A DNA stretch of 64,000 bases from contig CAZHFF010000003.1 of the NCBI GenBank assembly GCA_964531785.1, forward strand, positions 26,764-90,763, read 5' to 3'. Origin of the DNA: an uncultured Candidatus Saccharibacteria bacterium (lineage in GTDB: Bacteria > Patescibacteriota > Minisyncoccia > Phycocordibacterales > UBA12088). Each line of letters begins with the position of its first letter. The stretch's first letter is position 1. The notes beneath the pieces were generated by a model that made no database searches, had not been told where the DNA came from, and saw nothing but the letters and a program-made list of their open reading frames with translations. Position numbers and translations under genes: made by a program. Shown in pieces: positions 48,139 to 56,143 of this stretch.

Positions 48139-49266
48139 TTAATGCTTGATCTTGATCGCGACCTGGTCGATGTTGTTCGCACGGGGGTCGGTCGTTTTGG
48201 TAGGGACGAGCTCGATCTTGATCGTGCCGGTCGAACGCTTGAGGACCTCATCGAAACCGAGCGTGAACTCGACCTCGGCACCTGCCGGCAGGGAGTCTTG
48301 AGCAGGTGAGGTGTAGCGGTAGGTCGGGTTACCTTCGATCGGGAGGTATGCAATGAACGCCCAAGCACCCGATGGCTCGCCACCCTTATTGGTGACCGTG
48401 AACGATACCCCGGCGGTCTTGTCGGCCGGAATGGTGGGGAGCGGGAACAGGACGTTCTTGCCCTGGACCGGTGCCATGATACCGGTCTCGAGAATATTGA
48501 CCGCAAGGTCGCTCGGGCCAGGCGTGACCGTGGGGCGGATCGGGGTCACGACCGTGGGCCGTGCGACCGGTGCTTGTGTTGCTGCACCGCTCGTTGCCCC
48601 GGTGTCGCTTCCGCCGCGATCGGCGTCCGAGGCCGCACCGTTCGTTGCTCCGCCGGTTGCGCCGTTTTGACCTTCCTGGTCAGTGTCGCGCGGGGTCGTT
48701 GTGCCAAGGAGCGTGCTCCGGCTGTCGGCGATCCGGTCGTTCACAATGGTGACGAGCGTCGTGTCCGAGAGCATCCCCTCACGTGCAGCGATGGTCAGGT
48801 TGACATCCACGAACCTGTTGCTGTCAGACTGGGGAATGATCGAGAATGAACGTTCGCGCAAGGGTACCGAGACCTCACACGCAAGGTTCTCCCAACCATT
48901 TCCGGTCTCCACCTCGAGCCGGACGTTATCCGCGCATGAGTACGAGAAGAGATACTCTTCTGGGGCAGCTTCGCCGGTGTACTCGAACGTGACACGGTAC
49001 TCCTCGTTTGCCGGCACGTTGCGGTTGTCGATGGCGAATGCAAGCGACTCGCGCGGGGTCTCTCGGAACATGCTCTGCACCGCGACTACTGCTCCCTGCA
49101 GGCGTGCGCCAGCGTTCGGTATGGTGCGTACGAGCTGTACCGCCAGCCATGCCGCGAGCGTGAGCGCAGCAATAAGACCAATGATGGCCAGGCTCTTCAT
49201 GATCCCCGATGCAATACGCTCACCGCGCGGGTTGGTCGGTGTCTCCTGTGTGTTCTTATCGTTCAT
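48139..49266 (-). CDS. secreted protein with TM anchor, Gly/Thr/Ala-rich linker and Ig-like (CARDB-like?) C-terminal domain
   Basis: TM helix, low-complexity region GQNGATGGATNGAASD..., and a beta-rich C-terminus. Confidence 0.45.
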   Translation of the reverse strand: MNDKNTQETPTNPRGERIASGIMKSLAIIGLIAALTLAAWLAVQLVRTIPNAGARLQGAVVAVQSMFRETPRESLAFAIDNRNVPANEEYRVTFEYTGEAAPEEYLFSYSCADNVRLEVETGNGWENLACEVSVPLRERSFSIIPQSDSNRFVDVNLTIAAREGMLSDTTLVTIVNDRIADSRSTLLGTTTPRDTDQEGQNGATGGATNGAASDADRGGSDTGATSGAATQAPVARPTVVTPIRPTVTPGPSDLAVNILETGIMAPVQGKNVLFPLPTIPADKTAGVSFTVTNKGGEPSGAWAFIAYLPIEGNPTYRYTSPAQDSLPAGAEVEFTLGFDEVLKRSTGTIKIELVPTKTTDPRANNIDQVAIKIKH

Positions 49267-49402
49267 GGTAGTAGTAGTGGTGCTGGCGACCCGAGGAAGG
49301 GTGTGCCTGCGCGAGTAAAGTAATGCGAATAGTGATCTTATAATGATGCTTTCTATATATCACGAAACACTTGATATGTCAACTGCTTCGTGAACCGACA
49401 AA

Positions 49403-49431
49403 TTGACAATATCGTTCATACATGCTATATT
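49403..49431 (+). promoter_or_regulatory. near-consensus promoter (TTGACA, 17 nt spacer, TATATT)
   Basis: TTGACA at 49403-49408 and TATATT at 49426-49431. Confidence 0.6.
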
Positions 49432-49599
49432 TGATACACCGTAGTACTTTCCCGTTCTGTCCAAAATGCCCTACCGATGCGCACTCGGCTGTCCTTACCG
49501 AGGTTACGTGCAATAGGCACCAGGCGAGATCTGTACGACTAACGCACAGTGTCCACATACTGGGGGCTTTGTCAACAAACTCTGACCGAGCGCACGATC

Positions 49600-50232
49600 A
49601 TGAATACCTACACACAAACCAATACCACCATTGATGAACTCCATGCACGAGCGCAGCTGGAGATCGACCGTATCGTTTCGGAGTGCGGTCGTGTGTTCGT
49701 GTACGACGCGCACGAGTCACCGAGTCATGATGCGCTCCTCGATCCGGAAATGACCACCTACGGCGTGCTTGTCCATGCGGGCACTGTTGATGATGTTCGG
49801 ATCATGGAGCGCAGGAATACGCCTCGGCCATTGCTCACTGACGCAGATATTGCGCGCATGCGCAGCAACGTGGACGCGCTCATCTCGAACGTGCGTTCGT
49901 ATGGCGAACGGCTGCTCGCCTGGGGCCGGTCGGTCATGGCCGAGCTCGTGCTCGAGTACGAGGCATACGTTAGAGAGCAAGAGGTGCGTCGCAGGGAACG
50001 GATTGCAAAACGCGAAGCAAAGCGGGCAGCACGTACAGCTGCGCAAAGAGCAGAGGAAGAGCTACAAGCACTACGTGTCCTGCCGACCGTTCTGGTGACC
50101 AGGACTGGGCAGGTGACTCCGGTACACGAGAGCGTGACCCCGTCTGCGGGGGAGATATCCCTTGCGCGCTACGTAGTGCGTGCGGTCATGCGTGACCTTT
50201 GCAATTTCAGTACGCCAATTGACAAACGCTAG
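49600..50232 (+). CDS. hypothetical protein (Arg/Glu-rich helical C-terminal half)
   Basis: ORF with the ATG at 49600. No motif found. It lies upstream of the sortase. Confidence 0.45.
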   Translation: MNTYTQTNTTIDELHARAQLEIDRIVSECGRVFVYDAHESPSHDALLDPEMTTYGVLVHAGTVDDVRIMERRNTPRPLLTDADIARMRSNVDALISNVRSYGERLLAWGRSVMAELVLEYEAYVREQEVRRRERIAKREAKRAARTAAQRAEEELQALRVLPTVLVTRTGQVTPVHESVTPSAGEISLARYVVRAVMRDLCNFSTPIDKR

Positions 50233-50246
50233 AAAAATGGTAATAT
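50219..50246 (+). promoter_or_regulatory. promoter (TTGACA, 16 nt spacer, TGgTAATAT extended -10) in front of the sortase
   Basis: TTGACA at 50219-50224 and TAATAT at 50241-50246, with TG at 50238-50239. Confidence 0.6.
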
Positions 50247-50313
50247 ATTAAGTACCACACGAGCAGCCAACCTTTACAGACGGTCAATTCTGTGTAGAGT
50301 GTGGCCACAGCCT

Positions 50314-50958
50314 ATGCAGGGAACGACAACGATCAGAGCGACACAGACAAGCGTACACGGCCTATTCTTTCGTACCGGTCTGACCTTCAGTGTCCTTGCG
50401 ATCGCGCTCTTTGTAATAGACTTTGTGCCCGTACCGCGTGCGACCGTGGCGACCGACGAGTCGCTGGTCCTTGCTACCGCGGCAAGTGCGCTGCCTGTCG
50501 TCCCGGAGGTCCGCGAGGAGGTGCTCCCGGTTCGTATCACGATCGAAGCTATCGGGGTGGATACGCCGATCATTGCCCCCGAATCGACCGAAGCAGGGGT
50601 CCTTGACCGAGCCCTCCTTACGGGAGCGGTCCACTACCCGGCGTCGGCGAAGCTTTCAGAGAGCGGCAACGTGCTCATCTTCGGACACTCGAGCTACCTG
50701 CCGATCGTTAAGAACAAGGCGTACCAGGCCTTCAACGACCTTGGCAAGCTCAAACCCGGTGCGAAGATCTCGGTCTACTCCGCGACCCATGTCCACGAGT
50801 ACCAGGTCAAGCAGGTTCGACTGGTCAAAGCCGATGAGGCACAGATAGCTTTCCACACCGACACACCGATCCTCACCTTGGCAACGTGCAATACGTTCGG
50901 GGCGAAGGAAGATCGGTACGTGGTCACTGCGCTGTGGGTAGGCAAAACACCGCTTTGA
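50314..50958 (+). CDS. sortase family transpeptidase
   Basis: TM anchor, catalytic His (LIFGHSS), Cys (LTLATCN) and Arg (EDRYVV). The GTG at 50299 is an alternative start. Confidence 0.8.
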   Translation: MQGTTTIRATQTSVHGLFFRTGLTFSVLAIALFVIDFVPVPRATVATDESLVLATAASALPVVPEVREEVLPVRITIEAIGVDTPIIAPESTEAGVLDRALLTGAVHYPASAKLSESGNVLIFGHSSYLPIVKNKAYQAFNDLGKLKPGAKISVYSATHVHEYQVKQVRLVKADEAQIAFHTDTPILTLATCNTFGAKEDRYVVTALWVGKTPL

Positions 50959-51020
50959 TCTCAATTTGGAACCATAACTTTACGAACCATTACCAGTGTT
51001 AGCAGCACTAACGAAACACC

Positions 51021-53993
51021 ATGAACAACAGCATCTCACAGAACATACGACGGTACAGCCACTACCTCATGGGTGGCATGGCTCTTTCGATACTGGTCCT
51101 CGGATCGCTCTATGCGTTCGAGGGTCTTGGCGCACGATCTGCTACGCCCGAGGCGGATGCGTGGAGCTGTGCGTGGATGAAGGCAACGCCCTCGACCGTA
51201 GAGAAAGGTGGTTCGACCACGCTGTCGTGGAGTTTCGGCAAGGCCGAAGACGGCGTCTTTGTCACCATCAAGGAGCTCGGCAGCCAGCAGTACCTCGGTA
51301 CGACCGGGAGCACGTACGTTACGCCTCCGGCGACCATGACCTATACGGCGATCGCCCACAAGGTCGGTACGACCAAAACCTACACCTGCAGCACCAAGGT
51401 GACCGTGACTGAGCCGGTCGCCGACAAGTGCGACGCTGTGGAGTTTTCTATACAGGGCAACAGCTTTACCTGGGGCGGCCCGCCGGCACTCTCCCACTAC
51501 ACCGCTACCTTCTGTGACGGTACGACCTCAGGCAAGGTCGAGACGGACCATGCTCCTGATCGTATGACCGTGACCCTCGATCGTCCTATCGCCAAGGTGA
51601 ACGGGAAGGGTGGCCTCTGTCACAAAGAGGTGACCGCAGCCTGTGCACCAAAGCCTGAGCCGAAGCCGGCATCGTGTGAGCTTACGGCAGATCCGACCAC
51701 TGTTGTAAAGGGTGGGAATAGTTCACTGACCCTCACCTCAAAGTATGCGGTATCGGCAACGATCGACCAGGGGATCGGTCAGGTGAGCACGACGACGGGT
51801 ATCTCGATCGCGTCGCTCGCTAACACGACGACCTACACCGCGACGGTCACTGGCCAGGATGGCAAGACCGCCACCTGTAAGGCGACGGTGACGGTTACCG
51901 AGCCGCAACCGGAGTGGCCGGCATGTCCTTTGACCGAAGGGGTCATCGTGAACTTCAACGGCAAAGGCTTGCGCAGCAACGGTACCGAGGCTGAAGCCAC
52001 GAGCGATGTGTATCCGGTGCAGCTTACTGCGGGGACTTATACGATCAAGAGCGCATCATGGGACGGATACCCGGCCCGGGTTCATGCGACGCAACCGAAC
52101 GAACAGTGGAAGCTTGTGCTCAAGCACGAGGGTGCCGTCGTACATACGACCGGGGCCACGACCGATCTTGCTGACTATGTCGTATCTTCACTGGTAACCG
52201 ATACGCTCGAGAACGCGGTCGTGCTTCCGAAGGGTGTCGACCTGTTCTATGCGCGCCACGCGGTCTATCCCGACAAGACGTCACCGAACAGTGTTCAGCC
52301 GATCTGTGTATCGTTCGTGCGGCACGCCGACCCGACGCCGGACCCGGAACCTAAGTGTGATATTTCTGCAAGCCCGCTCCTGATCGAGAAGGGTGCATCG
52401 TCAACGATCACCTGGACCTCCAAAGACGCAACGAGCGTTTCGTGGACGGGCGGGGTGAGCTCGAGCGACCTGAACGGTACGACGGTAGTAAGTCCGACCG
52501 CAAAGACCACCTATACGGGCACCTTTGCCGACAAAAAGGGAAAGACCGCGATCTGTAGCGTGACCGTGGACGTAAAGGCGCCATCGGCAGCACCTTCCTG
52601 TGACATGAACGTATCTGCGAGCAGTGTCGTGCGTGGATCGAGCGTGACCCTCAGCTGGGATTCGACCAATACGAAGAGCGTGACGATCGATCAGGGTATC
52701 GGATCGGTCGCGACCAGTGGCTCGAAAGAGATCGTGGTCCAGGGGAACACGACGTTCACCGGAACGTTCACTGGCGACAAAGGTGCAACCCAGACCTGCA
52801 GCGCGAGCGTGTCCGTGCGCACGACCGGCGGCGGTGGTCCGTGCCTCAACTGCGATGATGACGATGATGACGACGAACCGCGAGGCGGCGGCGGTGGTGG
52901 TGGCGGTGGTGGTGGTAGCGAACCGGATCCCAAGAAGCCCACGATCGTGCTCTCGAAGCAGGTCACAAATCCGGGCGGCTACATCACGCTTGATCAGGTG
53001 CCGTACACCGGTTTTGAGGCGGGTCCTGTTCTGACGGTTGCCTTCTGGCTTGGCGTCCTCGCTGTGAGCGCGGCACTTGCCTACGTTCTCACGCTTGTGC
53101 AACCGCTGTCCCTGGTCGGTGCTCTGGGTGCCCTGAACAAGGAGCGTGCGATAGAACAGGCTCGCATCACTGAACTGCGTACCAAGCCGGCACGCGTGAC
53201 CAAGCCGTCGGTGTTCTCGCAAGCGCCTGCACACGGCTATGCGATCGGAGATCGGGATGACAGCAACACGTTCATTGAGAACGCGGCACACAAGGAGAAC
53301 ATACTTCTTTCGCCTGAAGCATTGCGTGTGATCGCGACCGAGATCGAGAGGACCGGGGCAGACCGCACCGCGTTCCTTACCGGATTCTTCGACAAAGCTA
53401 AGGCAGAGTTCGCTCGCGAGGACGGGTGGATCCTCCTTTCGAAGGAGCGCACCGCCACGCTCGTGGGAACGTCAGGCGCAGCTCATGCCTACACCGCACC
53501 CGCGGTACGTGAGGACCCTGGCTCGGCTGTCGCCGTGCAGACCCCTGCACCCGCGCCGCAGGCAGCAGCACCGAGCGCATCGGTTCGCGCGGAGGTCTCT
53601 GCACCAGCAGCTCCTCTAACGAGCGAGCGTCCGACGCACAGCTTCACGAAGGCGGCCCCCGTTTCTATTGCGACATTCGTTGGGTGGCTCGTTGCGAAGG
53701 AGGAGCAGAAGGTCTTCGAGCATCTCCGGAGCGCGTCCGCACAGGGAGGTATCGAACACTTCATCGGTGAAGTGGTGCGTGCGCTCGATGATGTCTACAA
53801 GCATCGCCTTGAGGGGAACCATAACCCTGACGCAGAGCTGGCACGCCTCACCGCCACGTGGAGCAACGGAGACTTTGAACAGGTGCTCGGCATACTTGTT
53901 GAGTGCATTGACTTCAGTTATTCGAGCAATCGGATCGGAGCGAAGGTCGCACTGGCGAAGGCGTTCGAGTACTTCCGTTCAAAGACAGCGTAA
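51021..53993 (+). CDS. large surface protein: signal/TM, 4 Cys-bracketed Ig-like repeats, poly-D/poly-G hinge, VPYTG motif, TM helix, ~300-aa tail
   Basis: See the findings. The motif VPYTG is at 52998-53012, followed by the hydrophobic segment FEAGPVLTVAFWLGVLAVSAALAYVL. Confidence 0.7.
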   Translation: MNNSISQNIRRYSHYLMGGMALSILVLGSLYAFEGLGARSATPEADAWSCAWMKATPSTVEKGGSTTLSWSFGKAEDGVFVTIKELGSQQYLGTTGSTYVTPPATMTYTAIAHKVGTTKTYTCSTKVTVTEPVADKCDAVEFSIQGNSFTWGGPPALSHYTATFCDGTTSGKVETDHAPDRMTVTLDRPIAKVNGKGGLCHKEVTAACAPKPEPKPASCELTADPTTVVKGGNSSLTLTSKYAVSATIDQGIGQVSTTTGISIASLANTTTYTATVTGQDGKTATCKATVTVTEPQPEWPACPLTEGVIVNFNGKGLRSNGTEAEATSDVYPVQLTAGTYTIKSASWDGYPARVHATQPNEQWKLVLKHEGAVVHTTGATTDLADYVVSSLVTDTLENAVVLPKGVDLFYARHAVYPDKTSPNSVQPICVSFVRHADPTPDPEPKCDISASPLLIEKGASSTITWTSKDATSVSWTGGVSSSDLNGTTVVSPTAKTTYTGTFADKKGKTAICSVTVDVKAPSAAPSCDMNVSASSVVRGSSVTLSWDSTNTKSVTIDQGIGSVATSGSKEIVVQGNTTFTGTFTGDKGATQTCSASVSVRTTGGGGPCLNCDDDDDDDEPRGGGGGGGGGGGSEPDPKKPTIVLSKQVTNPGGYITLDQVPYTGFEAGPVLTVAFWLGVLAVSAALAYVLTLVQPLSLVGALGALNKERAIEQARITELRTKPARVTKPSVFSQAPAHGYAIGDRDDSNTFIENAAHKENILLSPEALRVIATEIERTGADRTAFLTGFFDKAKAEFAREDGWILLSKERTATLVGTSGAAHAYTAPAVREDPGSAVAVQTPAPAPQAAAPSASVRAEVSAPAAPLTSERPTHSFTKAAPVSIATFVGWLVAKEEQKVFEHLRSASAQGGIEHFIGEVVRALDDVYKHRLEGNHNPDAELARLTATWSNGDFEQVLGILVECIDFSYSSNRIGAKVALAKAFEYFRSKTA

Positions 53994-54063
53994 GCGGCAT
54001 AACGCCGGTGCATATCCAAATGACCAAAGAACCCCGCCTCACGCGGGGCTCTTTGGTCATGCC

Positions 54064-55851
54064 CTACGATGTCGCACGGTCGATGTCGAGCTGTACCAGG
54101 GTCTCGACCACTGTGTCTTTGGGTAGGGACTGCGAGCTGCCATCGCGACTCTCAAGCGTCACATTCTCTTCGGCGACCTCTTTGTCGCCGATCACGGCAA
54201 AGTAGGGTAGTTTTTCCAGTTTAGCGGCACGTATCCTTTTGCCGAGGGACTCGTCCGACTGATCGAGCTCGGCACGGATACCCGCTGCTTTGAGCTGTGC
54301 GAAGAGGTCTGCTGCATAGGTACGGTGCGCCTCTCCTATCGGCAGGATACGCACCTGGACCGGCGCGAGCCAGAACGGGAACGCGCCGGCATAGTGCTCG
54401 ATCAGGAACGCGAAGGTGCGTTCCAGGCAGCCGATGGCGCTCCGGTGTATCATGACAGGCCGCTTCTTTTTGCCGTCCGCATCGGTATAGGTGATGTCGA
54501 ACTTCTCAGGCAACAGAAAGTCCATTTGCGCGGTGAAGAGCGTGTCTTCTTTGCCGTTAACGTTACGTGCCTGGACATCGAGCTTCGGTCCGTAGAATGC
54601 CGCTTCGTCCTCGGCCTCCGTGTAGGTGAAGCCAAGCTCATCGAGCGCCTCCTTCATCGTTCCTTCGGCCTTGTTCCACAGCTCGTCGTCCGGGTAATAC
54701 TTTTCCTTGTTCGCGCGGTCCCGTTTTGAGAAGCGGTACGTGACGCTCGCGTCGAGCCCCAAGCCACGCATGCCCTCCTCGATGAGGCGACAGACGTTCT
54801 TGAACTCGTCCTTCAGTCCTTCGGGGCTCACGAACAGGTGCGCATCGGTGAGCTGGAACTTCCGCACCCGTATCATGCCCATGAGCTCGCCCGACTTCTC
54901 GTACCGGTTGTAATCCGCTATTTCCGCATAGCGTACGGGGAGGTCCTTGTAGCTCAGTGGTTTACGCAGGAGGAGGCGTATGTGGTGGGGGCATGCCATA
55001 GGGCGGAGGTAGAACACCTCGCCGTCCATGTCGATGGGTGCGTACATGTTGTCCTTGTAATGCGCCAGGTGTCCAGAGGTATGGTAGAGCTTCTCGTGCG
55101 CGAGATAGGGGGTTGAGACATGGTCGTACCCGTACTTTCGCTCGAGGTCCCGGGTGAACTGCTCGAGCGCGAACTTCATCGCGGTTCCCTTAGGGGTCCA
55201 CATGGGGAGGCCCTTGCCCACCTCCTCATCGATATAGAACAGGTCAAGCTCACGCCCGAGCTTTTTGTGGTCGCGCTTCTTTGCCTCCTCGAGTTGCGTC
55301 TGGTACGCCGCCAGGGCTTCTTTGCTCTCAAATGCAAGGCCGTAGATGCGGGTGAGCATCGCGTTCTTCTCGCTTCCGCGCCAGTACGCGCCTGCCATGT
55401 GGGAAAGGGTGTACCCCATGCCCGGGATGTCTTTGCTCGGGTGTTCTGCATGACCCCCGCGACAGAGGTCGTGGAATTGTGCGCTGTCGAGCGTGCAGTG
55501 CTCGTTCTCACAGGACTTGTAGATGGTGAGCTTCTCGCCCCGGGCGGCGATCTCCTCGATGAGCTCGAGCTTGTATTCGTTCTTTGCGAATACGCCCTGT
55601 GCCTGCGCTCGGTCGACCTCCTCACCCTCGATAGTGTGCCACTTTTTCACGATCTCGCGCATCTTTTGTTCGATCGTCTTTAGGTCATGATCGCCTGGCT
55701 TCTCGCCTTGGCCAAAGTCGAAGTCATAGTAGAATCCGGTATCGATCGCCGGACCCAAGGTCGGCTTGGCGTGTGGGTAGAGCTCATGCACTGCGGCTGC
55801 GAGCACATGGGCGAGCGTGTGGCGTCTGGCTTGTAGTTCTTCAGGGTTCAT
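54064..55851 (-). CDS. thrS: threonine--tRNA ligase (no N-terminal TGS domain)
   Basis: HTLAHVLAAAV (editing/SAD domain), class II motifs and a C-terminal anticodon-binding domain. Confidence 0.9.
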   Translation of the reverse strand: MNPEELQARRHTLAHVLAAAVHELYPHAKPTLGPAIDTGFYYDFDFGQGEKPGDHDLKTIEQKMREIVKKWHTIEGEEVDRAQAQGVFAKNEYKLELIEEIAARGEKLTIYKSCENEHCTLDSAQFHDLCRGGHAEHPSKDIPGMGYTLSHMAGAYWRGSEKNAMLTRIYGLAFESKEALAAYQTQLEEAKKRDHKKLGRELDLFYIDEEVGKGLPMWTPKGTAMKFALEQFTRDLERKYGYDHVSTPYLAHEKLYHTSGHLAHYKDNMYAPIDMDGEVFYLRPMACPHHIRLLLRKPLSYKDLPVRYAEIADYNRYEKSGELMGMIRVRKFQLTDAHLFVSPEGLKDEFKNVCRLIEEGMRGLGLDASVTYRFSKRDRANKEKYYPDDELWNKAEGTMKEALDELGFTYTEAEDEAAFYGPKLDVQARNVNGKEDTLFTAQMDFLLPEKFDITYTDADGKKKRPVMIHRSAIGCLERTFAFLIEHYAGAFPFWLAPVQVRILPIGEAHRTYAADLFAQLKAAGIRAELDQSDESLGKRIRAAKLEKLPYFAVIGDKEVAEENVTLESRDGSSQSLPKDTVVETLVQLDIDRATS

Positions 55852-55879
55852 AGGACGATGGGTTACTACTTAAGTGTAT

Positions 55880-56013
55880 AGGACTTAGGCATTTGGATGA
55901 AGTTCGAGGCGCCGAGAAGCGAAGATCCGATGCGTACTGGCAGTACGGAGAGGATCTGAGCGCCGATGGTAGCAATGACCAAAGATTACTTTTGTGCCAA
56001 ATGCGTAGGTCCT
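55880..56013. ncRNA. unassigned, strongly structured ~134-nt element between the attenuator-like U-tract and thrS
   Basis: Nested helices: 55880-84/56009-13, 55889-96/55997-56004, 55908-12/55960-64, 55923-28/55952-57 and 55933-38/55942-47. Confidence 0.3.
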
Positions 56014-56020
56014 CTGTAAT

Positions 56021-56040
56021 AAAAAACCTCCGCGGGGGAG
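56021..56040 (-). terminator. weak terminator of the putative thrS leader
   Basis: On the minus strand: CUCC-CCCGC-GGAG, then G, then U6 (56026-56021). The stem is only 4 bp. Confidence 0.35.
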
Positions 56041-56075
56041 TGTGTAGCGTTACGACAACCCCGCTCCTGTCGGTC

Positions 56076-56108
56076 TCAGGTCGCGGTTGTGGTCGTTGCT
56101 CGGATCAT
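56076..56108 (-). CDS. putative leaderless Thr-rich leader peptide MIRATTTTAT
   Basis: ATG ATC CGA GCA ACG ACC ACA ACC GCG ACC TGA. The ATG lies 6 nt after a -10-like TAGGAT. Confidence 0.4.
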   Translation of the reverse strand: MIRATTTTAT

Positions 56109-56114
56109 GGGGTA

Positions 56115-56143
56115 ATCCTAGCGCGGGGTGGGGGAGTTGTAAA
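56115..56143 (-). promoter_or_regulatory. putative promoter of the thrS leader (TTTACA, 17 nt spacer, TAGGAT)
   Basis: On the minus strand: TTTACA (56143-56138) and TAGGAT (56120-56115). Confidence 0.4.

Noticed and set aside
52851-52922. Triplet-repeat DNA as a possible CRISPR array or microsatellite locus
   Set aside because: It is in-frame coding low complexity (poly-D and poly-G) inside a long ORF. There is no repeat-spacer organisation anywhere in the window.
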